A program made the position numbers and the translations under genes. A stretch of 64,000 bases of DNA from Acanthaster planci (taxonomy: Eukaryota): NCBI RefSeq assembly GCF_001949145.1, contig NW_019091357.1, positions 2,890,859 through 2,954,858 of the forward strand, given 5' to 3'. This document shows positions 27,895 through 39,800 of the stretch, one piece after another. Every line of letters begins with the position of its first letter. Within the stretch, counting starts at the first letter, position 1. Below the pieces are notes generated by a model that was given only the letters and a program-made list of their open reading frames with translations, made no database searches and had not been told where the DNA came from.

Positions 27895-30800
27895 ATGGCG
27901 GCCACACGAGTATTCGGAGCTCTGAGAGCAGTTTCTCGGACAAATTTTACGTATACTGCAGGTTTGTAAAACAGATTAAATTTATACAATTTAAGTAAGG
28001 TACAGTATTAAACTGATAACACCACATAAGAGCATTTCCTGTTGCGTGGTGCAGAAATAATTTAGGGCAAAAATTGCCGGTAGCCCGCACAAGTTCAGAC
28101 GTTTCTTCACGTTCGTGTGTAGTTCAACAACATTATGCGTGCACTTTGTCATGTTCGAATATCGCCCTCAGTGTGAATTTCTGTTTCGCAACTGGATCCA
28201 TTTATTTTTGTTAAAATGCTAATTTTGCCCTGTTTGCTGGATTGTTATTAGACTTCGCAACTGGTACAGTGGAAGTCTCTACCAGTGGGTTTCTATGCTC
28301 CGACCCGTCTGACATGTCTGAACCCTCCTTTTGCTGCTGTAGGCCTAATCGTCAATTTTACAGTCAAATATTCCTGCCAGTTCCACTTCTCCTGTGCTGT
28401 CTACGTCTGTAGCCTGCAGTGTAGGCGGCCTACATAGACATATATGCCACTTGACTGATTTTGATTGATGATTAGGACAACTGTGTTGACAATGCATCTT
28501 TGCAAAGGAGGGTTAGGCCTGAATTTACTTGGGCCTAGACTGTTTACTGTTGGGCCGGTTGAGCGCTTTCTGTGAACGTGGTGAAAGTGTGCAAATTTAA
28601 AATTTGTGTGCGTAATTTTAAATTTTGCGCAACCACAGATATTGCCGCAAACATCGCGCACAGCGATAAAAACTGCGTGGATACATGAACCACGGGCAAC
28701 ATTCGTGTGTGAGAGACTAACAGTGACATCATTCAACTTCAAATTTTGCATGATTTTTGTCGGGTCTGTTTCATGTGATATACAGCCTGGCATGTACTTA
28801 TGTTATGGGGCTGGGGCACGGCCACAAGAAATTCAAGCATTTGGATGAATATTGCCAATGTGAGAGCAATTAAATTCCCCTGTCGACATTTCATGCAGAC
28901 GTTTCTTCCTTCTGAGGCTCTTAAAGAAATTCCTTGTGAGAGAGAAAATAATTCCCCCGTTGACATTTAATTCGGAATATTCTTAGAGCCGTTTGTTATG
29001 TATTAGAAATATATCTGCAATAAAATTAAAAGTAGGATCCCAGACAAAATCAATAGCAATCAGGGAAAATAAGGATTTTGAAATGACCCCAAAAATTACT
29101 AATTTGTGCTGGAAACCTAGCCTTGACTCAGGGCAACAGTTTCCCAGCTTCACTGGTGCCAGATAGCTAGAGACCTTGAAGGGAATGGGAATCCCTGTGC
29201 CGTCAGCTGCCTGAGTGCCTGCCACGGCCGGGCCCGGTCAAACACCAACCATCATGACTCCCTTTCAAACAGCACAGTTCGAGGCACAAAAATTGGGCAC
29301 GTGTGCAGATGTCAAATATGTGCAACCTAATTAAAATTGCTCAAGGAAAAATGCACAAGCTGCGTACATTTAGAATTTGCACACTTTCAAAGATTGCGCT
29401 GAACAGGCCTACATACTATTATAGTTACTGGTAATGATAGCCGTAGGACCTAGACCCGTAGACAGGGCTCAGCTAAGTGTACAACTCTGTAGATACAGGC
29501 TACAGTCAGTCTGTGTAAATGCTGCAAGTCCAGCGAAAATTCGTCCAGAGTGGGGAAAACGTGGACTGTGTATCATAATCTAAAGTGAAAAGATTAGTTA
29601 CAAGCATGGGCAGAGTATCGTCAGCTAACTAGTAATGTGAAACATCTACACTGTATGAATTCATTCTTGGTTTTATCATTTACATGTATGTATGTGTGTA
29701 CATTGTGTATTTGCAACACAAATTTACATATCAATAATTTTGTAAAGATGTGGATATATTGTACCCTTTGCTGCCTTAAGTGACCTTGGCCATCTTTTCC
29801 AATCTTCTGAAGTGGTCCCCCTACTTCAGGCAACTTTTCTTCGGATCAGCTGATTCCCTCATTTTTCACTTCACACTGGTCCCATTAGGGATTGAAAAAC
29901 ACTGTACAAAATGTTGAAAATACTGGAGTTTCATCATTTTTTTGTGTTGTCAAAGTTGCATGCCGGCTACTTTTATTAGTTAGGAATTTTGAGCAGCAAT
30001 TTTTTTGAGAGAATTACCACATTCTTTACCAGATTTTCCAATGCCGAGGCAGCCATATTAATCATGTTAAATCAACTGATGTTTTCCTACCTCCATGGTC
30101 CTACTGATACCAACCTGTCTTGTATTGGTTCATTTACATGTAGATACCTGCATAAAATCAGTGCATGTTATACATGTATATATCTTATGTGCATTTGGCA
30201 GTTTTTTTGGTAACACCTGTACGACCCTTTGAGCAGCAGTATACATGTACGTTAGGCCCCGTACATTTTTACATGCCAAATGTGCCGGGTATGAGTAACC
30301 AAAAATGCTTCATTCTGTTTGCTGCTGAGGTACTGTTGGAACAGTTCTGTGATAACATTTGCCCTGGGAAAAGGGTTGCTTTGGTGCTTACGGTACGTAC
30401 ACAGTAAGTGAACATCTGATGTGAATTGTGTTCTAATTCTGTGTTGCCAAAAAACAAGAAAAGCTTGTGATTAAACAGCACATCCATGTACAAGTACTGT
30501 ATGTACAGTAATTTAAAAACGTGCCAAGATTTCAGTAGTACATGTGCATGTCTGTTATATATCACCATACTTCCAGTCTTGTAGTTGAGTACTTTCCGGG
30601 GAACCACCGTGCTCTGCCATATATTGAACTGGACATACATGTACGTGTACGTAGGTCTTTGATGGTAACACCCCAAAGGTACATGTAAGACTATAAACAC
30701 TCCCAGTGTTATAAAACTTAGGCTTTAAGAAGTAAAGTACTCAATTGAGTACTTTCCTAGTACTTTTGTTTGAAAAACTTAATTTTTATTAAACAGTGAT

Positions 30801-33800
30801 AGTCTGACATCCTCAGTTTACTTTGTAATCTTACCTCTGTGCATGTACATGTACCATCAAATGCCCATGTGCTTCAGCTTTGTTCCCTCTTAGCTAGTCA
30901 AGTATTTGGCAGAGAACTTTCTCAAAAGTACTTGACTACCGTGTTAAGGCTTTGTCCTGCCCTGCCCTCTCCATTTCGGTATGCTCACCAGTCCCCACCA
31001 AGTTGGAAAGCTTGAGCTTGGAGAACAGCATTAATCGTGCATGCTGTCACTCCAACACATTGGCATGAGCGATTAGATTACAGGTACATCCCCAAAAAAC
31101 AAACATTGTAAGGAGTGCGCCGGTGCGGTGTAACACAATGTACAGACTTTCTTTGACATTGACTTTTTTATGAGTCAAACTGTTCACATACACATGTACA
31201 TTGAGGGAGTTCTACATGTAACAGTACTTAACAGGCATGCAGCTTTTTCCTGGATAAGCTGGTTTCCAGACTTCTTACTTCCCACGTTTGCCATCACAAA
31301 TTGAAAAACATTCCAAGTGTGAAATCTTGTGCAGTTGTGAATTTCCTGTCATTTTCTGAGTTACTACGTGTACATGTAGTTGCATATATGTGCCCCTCTC
31401 CCAGCAGTGAGGTCCACATGAACAATGTTAAATCAACTAAATGTTTACCAAAAAAAATAGTTTTACATGTATGGTACATAAAGTAGAACTAAGGAAAATC
31501 TTTATTTTACTTTATCAAATTAGTGTTACAAAATTAATCCCACCTGCAAAACTTGATGAATTTGCCAAGGCCTCTGTACAATAATGTCCAGTTCGGCGGT
31601 GCAACCAGTGAGAAACTGAACGGAAGAATTTGCTTAACTGGAGCCTCTGTCATTGAAGTCTGTCGTAATTTAACCCTGTGCAGTCAACGGCAGCAGAACA
31701 AACTACATGCTACATGTACATGTACATCACTGAATTGGATCTCGTAGTGACTGGCAACCACAGATTCCAGGCTGTTTGGCCTTGGAGTTGACCCATTGGA
31801 TCTTGTTACAGTGGGCCAGCAAGCCACTTTGATAAATGATGCAGACTGATGTGTCTGGCAGGGTTTTTAGCCAAAGTAAGCAGGTGCTTTTTTTTTCCTT
31901 TTAAATACATATAGTGTGACTTGCACTTTAACCCTAACCTTCCCCAATCACACAGAATTAAACAGTAGTTTAAGTGTTGAATTCTGTGGGGATAGGTCTG
32001 GTAGGCCCATAACAGCTGGCTTTTGCATTGGGTTTGGCATACCTCAGAAAAACAAAGTCCAACACCCTCTGTGCAACTTTGTGTGAATGGGGAAGGTTAG
32101 GGCCAGCAACCCTTGGGGGGTTAGGGCTAAAAATAGCAATTTTATTATGTTAATATTAAACAGATTGAAGTTGTTCTAGACCTTACAAAGCAAGCATACA
32201 TGTACATGTACATAATCTACTGGTACCGGATGTATCAGACTAACAGTTCAAAGCAAAAGGAAGAAAAGTTGTCGTTTCAGCATAAGGATGTTGTCCTGTC
32301 TCTTTACACATTCCTATTCCTAATAGTCAAGCACCAATGCCTTTGTGGAAACCAAAGAATTTCTTCCAAAAAAAATCATTTATGATTTAAACCACCAGGA
32401 AAATACGAGTACACAGTTTGATGCGAAAATGATCCATTTGGCTTTAGAGTCAACAATAGTGTTTACAATTACATCTCTCTTTTTTTGGGGGGGGGCGACA
32501 TCTTCATTGGTCTGTCAGCTGAAAGGTTGGCCTCTTACCGTTGCCTTAATGTACAGGTAGCTTCCAGAGCATTTCAATACATGTACATGTACGTTGAAGA
32601 GCAAGGGTTATTTGTCTGCAGAGAAACCTGTGCACTGCTGCGGTGCACCGCCATAGTGAGCTACACCTACGGCACCTACAAGCCAGTTTGGTATTCCAAA
32701 ATGCCTCTGCATGCCCAAAATACATGTAAGCGCATCTCATGTCATTCAAGAACAGCGGTATGCACAAACAACGTACATATACATGTATGTGCCAGAAAGG
32801 CCATGCGTCAACTCGCACTTGAGCCTTTGTCTTGAGTGGCATTGTCTGGTTTTGAAATGTACATGTACATGTACCTACACTGGCTCATTATCCCAAGGGG
32901 TCTCTGGGATCATGTTTGCAGTGTAAAGTTCTCTCAGCTACATGTAATGGCAAGGTGGTTGCAATAATCCTACTCGGCGGCAGAGTGGAACTCCAAAAAG
33001 CAATGGCCCCTGCACAGGTGGATGTTGCAGCTGACACAGCCCGTGCGCGTCATGATGGAGTTCCCGTTTTTGGTCTTGCGCCCAGTCCTGCGACACTGGA
33101 CGCACGTCTTAGGGTTCTTGACCTTCATCCGGATGCAAACATGGTTTGGACCATTGATGGCTGGAACTGGTGGCACGTCAGCCTGGTACGCTGGCGTTCC
33201 CTCGGCAAAGCCAGCAATGAGAGCCGTGGCGATGTTGACAGTGAACATCCGGTGGTTGAGCGGCATGCTCAGCGAGCCCTCGGTGAGGGCCTTGTAGCAG
33301 ATCCAGGCGTTCACGCGAGCAACGTCGATGAGGAGAAAGAAGACCTTCTTCCAGGCCCTGAAGTGTCGGTTGCAAGACTGGTAGGAGCGCAGCTGATTGG
33401 AGTGCTCCACCCCGCTTTTGAACTTCATGAAATCGATGAGTTGGGTGGGGGCTGGGATGCTTGTGGATGTGACCTCCGACGTGCCTTTCTTCCTGACGTT
33501 TCGCGTGATGAAATCCTTCAGCGGGTCCCGCTTCCCCTGGTGGCACGTGGAGAGGAGCGGCATCACCTTTACATCTCGGTAGACAACCATTGTCATCTGC
33601 CCCTGTTGCCAGGTGTGGGTGGTGCCTCGGGGAGCTTTCAGCATCATTTTCATTATGCTGCTTTTGTTCTTCCGGGTGTAACAGTCATCCGGCAAGCCCT
33701 TAGACGACAGGCTCACAGTGCCACAGAGGTACGTCTGGTTCACCAGCAGGTCTTTTGCAAGGGTGGTGGATGTGTACTGTGTTCTGCAGAACAGCTGATG

Positions 33801-36800
33801 GTACCGTCCCAGGAAGGGCTGCATTATCTGGAGAGGGACCTCCAGCCGTTTGTGGCCCGACTCCGAATGCGCCATCATGCGCAGAAGGTATCCTGTTCTG
33901 GACTCGCAGACCGCGTAGATGTTGGAACCCAACTCGGCTTGGCGTTGGGGAAAGAAAGGCTTCCTACAGTTAGTCTTGATCAGTACCTCATCCAGGCAGA
34001 GCTCCCTTCTTGGGTTGTAGTTGGCCCTGCAAGCTTTGTTGACGGTATTCCAGATGAGCTTGACCGGGGCAAGCAGGCTGTCTTTCTGGCCCTGGGCTTT
34101 CTGGGCCAGTTTGATCGGATTGGTGCAGGCCAGGTGCTCTGAGATTATGTTGAATCTTGCCCGAGTCATCGTGGATGCCACCAGGTTATTTCTCAGTCCG
34201 GGATGGGTGGACCAATCATCATCATTGTTGATGTTGGAGTGCACACCTTGGATCATGCGGATCCCCACCCAGGCTTTGATCTCTGCCGGGGTGGTGTTCT
34301 TGCTGAAGTTTGGGTTGGACTGGCCAGCTATGTTAGTGTACCGTGCAATCTGGGAGAAGAGGGACATTGGAAAGAAGCTCACGAAGTAGGCCAGGGGGCT
34401 ATCGTCTGGCGGCCGCTCCATGGTCGGACCATATGGCAGGCAACCTTCGAAATCGTGCACAGGTACATTCTTTAGGTCTCTGGTCCAGCCGCGACCGTCC
34501 CGTGAGTGACTTGCACCACCCTGGAGCCAGTTTGCAACACTCACCGAGTTTTGCTTCTTTTTCAGTGGCTGTTGCTTGCGTGCCCTCTTGGCCGGAGGCG
34601 CCTCACCAAATGAGGAATCGGAAGATTCCTCCTCTGATTGTGTTGGAGAGAAGTCACTCTCTTCTGAAAAGTCACCACTGCCCTCCTCGCCATCCTCCTC
34701 ATAGTCTATTTCCTCCTGCTCAAACTCATCAGAATCCAGTTGTTCCTGTTTGATGTCATCCAAGTAGAAGTAGTCAAATTGGGAGCCAGAGGGTAAGCCC
34801 GAGCTGCTTGGGCCGGGATCAAGGGCCGGGAACGCGAATGACCTTGTGGCAAGACCCGTCGATTCAACCGCCTCTGTCCTTGTGGCTGTGCCACTGGGAA
34901 GATCACGATCCTGGTCAGGGGCCGCATCACCAATCTGGTCTGTGCCTTGAACGAGCACTGGGGTCAGGCTGTCCATGATGATGCAGCAAATTATTGAGTC
35001 ACTTGGCACAAATGGGAAGCTCCAGCACAGATGGGAAGCTTCGCTTGATGGACAACAGCACTACTGCGTGGCAGTGTCAGCTTGGCCAGGTAGCTCAACT
35101 AACTGCTAGTTTCCTGGTATAGTTGCAAAGCTTCTGCCAGATCGCTGATGGCCACGATTGGCTGTAAGGACATGGAAGACAGTGAGGCTTAGATATGACT
35201 TGGGGTCATGCTTAAGATGGAGGTAGTGGTACCAAGTTCAGTGATCAGGCATCCCACATGGAAAAGCAATAGGTGGGCATCGTCATATGGTCTCTTCTTT
35301 TCCACTGTCCACTTTCTCTTCTGAACATCTGCCTGTAATATAAAATGATATGAATACATGTACATGTACTATACATTGACATTTTACAGATCATGGTAAA
35401 AAAAAAGAACAAAAAGATGTACATTGTGGAAACTATTCTAAACACCCCACTTTTCAAATATTGTTTGTTACTAGTACTTTCTGAAATGTTGCTGGACTTC
35501 TTTGTTTATATCAGCCAAAATAAAGATAATCATTTCTTTCTGGGGAGGGCAATGGTTTGAACTTGGTCAGACATTGAAGATTTTATTAAGTACGGGGGAT
35601 ACTTTAGCAAGTTTTACTTTGATTATTCAAAATCATTTTACTTCACACTCTACCATCATTGATGTATTTTTGCTGTGCGCAGTAACTTCAATTTTTCTTG
35701 TCTCCTACCATGCATTCAAAAATGTGGAGTTTTTTTACCAGACATTTGAATGTCATACATGTACGTACCAAAAATATTTCTTTTTCTTTTTTTTTTAATT
35801 CCAAAAGATAAACAAACCAGAGAAAAATCTCTGTGAAACACCATTTGAGTCTCGTTTTAAAGAACACTGTTACTAAAAATTCTGCCATAAAGAACATATT
35901 CTGAGAATTCCAATGTCTTTAATTTTTTTTTTCTTTCTCTGTTTTTCCACGCTGTACTCTTATGACAAAGCCATGGTGATCAAATTAACTTGTATGTTTC
36001 CTGCAACTTTGTTACAAGGAGATTGGACTGTAAAGCCTGTCAGATTTTCTGTTTGTTTGTCACAGTGTTTCACGTTTTACTGACAGGCAGAGTAAGGTTA
36101 GCTGACCTTCTCAAAAACTATTTGCCTGACCTTCTCAAAAACCATTTGCCTGCCATTGACCACAAGCAGATGGCAAGCGTGGTCCACTCCTCAACCGTAT
36201 TTTCACAGCTAGAAAAGGCCAAAAAAGGTCTCCGGTTTCTGGTCAGGGGCTGGCTCCAAAGTGGTGCAGCAACACAGCTTTTTTTTTTTTTGCCCTCACT
36301 TTATTTCCTAGAAATGATGTACACATGTATGGACATGTACATGTATGGACATGTGCTTGTACATATGTACCGCCACTACCAACACTGAAATAGACAGGCG
36401 CCCTCACTATCGACCGTTAAAAAGCATTTTCAGCTTGTAGTTGTACACAGGACATAAGACCACTTGTTTCTGTGGTTCCCAGATGTAAATAAACAATACA
36501 GGAATCACATCCAAAAAAGAGTGCCTGACTAAATGTGTAGGGGCCTAGAAGGACTCCTTCACTGTGCCTATTATTCAACCGTACCCCGTCTAAAACATGT
36601 TAAATTGTGCAGCAGCGGGATTCCAATCCATCAAGCAAGTCTGGCAGCTTTTCGACATCGTTTTTATACGCAGGTCTACGGCGACACACACACTGACCAG
36701 AAACAGGAGACACTTTTTTTTGGCCTAAAGCTCCTTTGACTCAGAATCTTGAGTACATGGACGTGCCCACAACACTGTGGCCTCTTCAAGGTGTTTATGG

Positions 36801-39800
36801 ACCATTTCTTGCAGATCTGTCTCTGGCTGGGTCAAGGATTCGTTTCTAGAAAATAATTCCGAGTGTGAAAAAAAAATATTTCAAACCATGGTCGAAACAC
36901 TACTGAACATGCTTAAAAAAGTAAATAGATGTAAAAATACACGAACCTCTGCTCCTTTTTTTTTTACACCAAAGCAGCAAGTTTGCAGTTTAACCCTCCT
37001 TCGGTTTTGCAGCACAAATATGCACGAGCGCCCACAGTCACTTTCTTGCATGTGTTTTCTATGTGGAACACAAACATGCACAGGTTCAGTGTGTACACAG
37101 TAGGTTGCCAGCACAAAATGACCCAGGGTCTTTTGTGCAGTCCTCTTCACTGAGTTTGGTTTACTGCACAATTATGCACAAGAAACAGAGGCACAGTTGT
37201 TGGGCAGCTCAGAGGTGCAATTTGATATTCCAGTGAGGGACAGTTGGAGCATAGAGCTACAAACCAGCTTTGTGGTTGGAGCCTTGTTCAGCAGACACAG
37301 CGGTGCTTCTTTGAGCTTTAAGGCAAATAAGCCGGTGGGCAAACCAAAGCTGACCTTTCTGCAAATTTCTGCTGTCCATGCAAAACGGTAGGCAGAGTTT
37401 GGAAACGAAGGATTTATTATTTCATATGGCGAAAGAGACCAAACAAAGGTTTACAATAAGCCAAGCCAGAGCAACATACACGTACATGTACCTTTCTACA
37501 GCTATAATTATGCAGTTGAATTGTCTGACAAAACAGGAAGTTTTCTCTAATCACGAACTCACACATTACTTTACCAGAGGGTTGATACGCTGCAAGTGTG
37601 ACTTACACAATTTTTCTTCCTTCAGTTTTCCAATCATGCTAGGCCCTTATTGCTGTTATTAGTCTGTTAAGTCTAAATTTGCCTGCTGGTGCATGCAGTG
37701 ATGACGGTCAGTGGGCAGTCAGGGCAGCGTGTACCGGTACTGTATTGTACTTCTACTAGGCCTACCTGTAACTTCACAACCACAACCCAGACAGGAGGGT
37801 CGGAACTGAACCGTGCTGTCCAGCTGCTGCATCAGCAATTGTCCACTTCACTTCACTCCCCAATACACAGGCTTCACTGCACAGCAGAGCCTTTGTGAGA
37901 ACCCACACTCAGCCACAACATGCTCCAACAGTGTACGCTAAACCCTACTGCTTCACCACATGAGTTTACCCTTTGCCCTGTGTGCACAGTGTCTGTCGGG
38001 TTTTGATCCCCCTGGCTTTACAGTCACTGAAGGCAGATGTTATGCAGACAAGCAAGCACTGAAGGCCAAGGCTTACATTGTGCATGTACTGTGCATGTAC
38101 AAGTTACACAATGTACTGTATGTACATGTACATATACACTGTACCTGTACATGTGTGTGTATGGCATTGTGGGTGTACGGATCAGGCCCTTCATGCACAT
38201 GCACACTGTACATGTACAGTGTACATTTTAGCTCTGATATTGGTCATTGAGTAATAACAGTGTCCACTGTAACAGCATCTCGTAACAGGATTGTAATAGG
38301 TTTTGTGCTTGAGTGTGGAGTCGCCAGCCTCCACACTTGATTGGCTCTGTAGGGTTTTGTTGGGTTAAGTAAGGGGCCGTGTAATCAGTGAAGGGAAGGG
38401 CTTATTGGAAGGAGGTTTTCTGGAAAGACATGCATGTACATGTAGATTGTAGAGTGTCTGTGTACATGTTTACAGCAAAATGTTGTGCTTTATTCTTCAG
38501 AAGAGATTTGGGTGTTTTTTGCAGAGAGGGTTGTGAATTTCATTTTTTTTTTTTTTTACAAATCAAAGTGCACTTCCCCATTTACATTGTAGGTGGATCT
38601 TTGAGGGCATTTTGTTTTGTTTTTATCCTTTTTTTTTCGTTAATTTTATTTTCCACAAAATGATCTCAGACATAAATTTCAGTGTGAATGTACATGTACA
38701 GGTTTATTGTAGGTATAGTTCTTATTGTAACATTGTTTTGATATTTCTTGTTAAAATTTATCTTATCGTGTAAAATTTGATGTTACGATTTTCAACATTA
38801 TTGTGAGAGATTTATTTTTTTCTGCAAATGTTCATATTGATGAATTTTAAAAGTTTAAAATGGTAGATTTTTGAAAGTTTATTGTCAACTGGTCCCTTCA
38901 GTGACTTTCCTGCTGCCGACCCAGTATTTACATAAAACCAATATAATAATAATAATGGGCATTTTTTCAGCTTCGGGATTTTTTGTGAACAGTGAAATTA
39001 TCAGTGAATGAGCTTTTAAGGTGGCTGCATTCAGTCTCTTTAAAAGACGTTATTCTACGCATGCGTTCATATATTCTTGCATGTACATACTCTAACAAGG
39101 TCAGGATAGGCATTAGTCAAGCTTTTCCTCACACATTCTCAACGGACAGTACTTCTTTATGTCCATATTAGTCATGTTCATTACATGCACACATGTACCG
39201 GTAGATATTGTTATGCAGCGAGAGCGGAGAACCGTTGTTACCCCTTTTTTCAAAACTGTTTTCTCAACAGGTTCCCACAGCATGGCTTTGCCAAGATATT
39301 TTTCAGTGTCGTCAACGTATGCAGGTAATTTGAGGTGTTTCTTTCTTCTGAGTTGAGAGACAAAGAGATGGCTGGAATAGAGACTATGCGCCTATGGGTG
39401 TCACCAGGAGTTCTTTCCAGGGGATTGTAATATTTTGAACCTGGCAGAGCACTCAGCAGTGATGAACTGAAAACCTGTTAAAGGGACCATGATATGGAAA
39501 TATTTGACCAAAACCCTCGAAATTACTGCATTGGGTTTCAATTAACCTTATTTGAAATATTTGTGCTGCAATTTTAACCCGTGTTTTGGAGCATTTTTTG
39601 TTTTTATGCTAATGCGAATTTGCATATTCATAAGGAAAACTACGAGGTCATCCAAGGCACTGAATCTCAATGTTGCATCGATTTGTGCACAGAAAATTTC
39701 TAGTTTTTTTAAACACTGCTGTCGTAGATTTCATTTCCTTTGACATTTTATTGTTGTGTAAGTATATGGCAATAAGCCAGCAAGCGACCTTTTCACAGAA

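Noticed and set aside
32916..34142. 408-aa plus-strand ORF
   Set aside because: Antisense shadow of the GC3-rich piggyBac ORF; no recognisable motif.
34977..35161. In-frame fusion of the transposase to an upstream exon (CSB-PGBD3-like)
   Set aside because: An in-frame TAG lies between the acceptor and the ATG, and the host gene is on the opposite strand.
31670..38368. Intact autonomous piggyBac element bounded by TTAACCC (31670 or 31928) and GGGTTAA (38362)
   Set aside because: The ends match only in TTAACCC, with no extended TIR, and the catalytic triad is degenerate.
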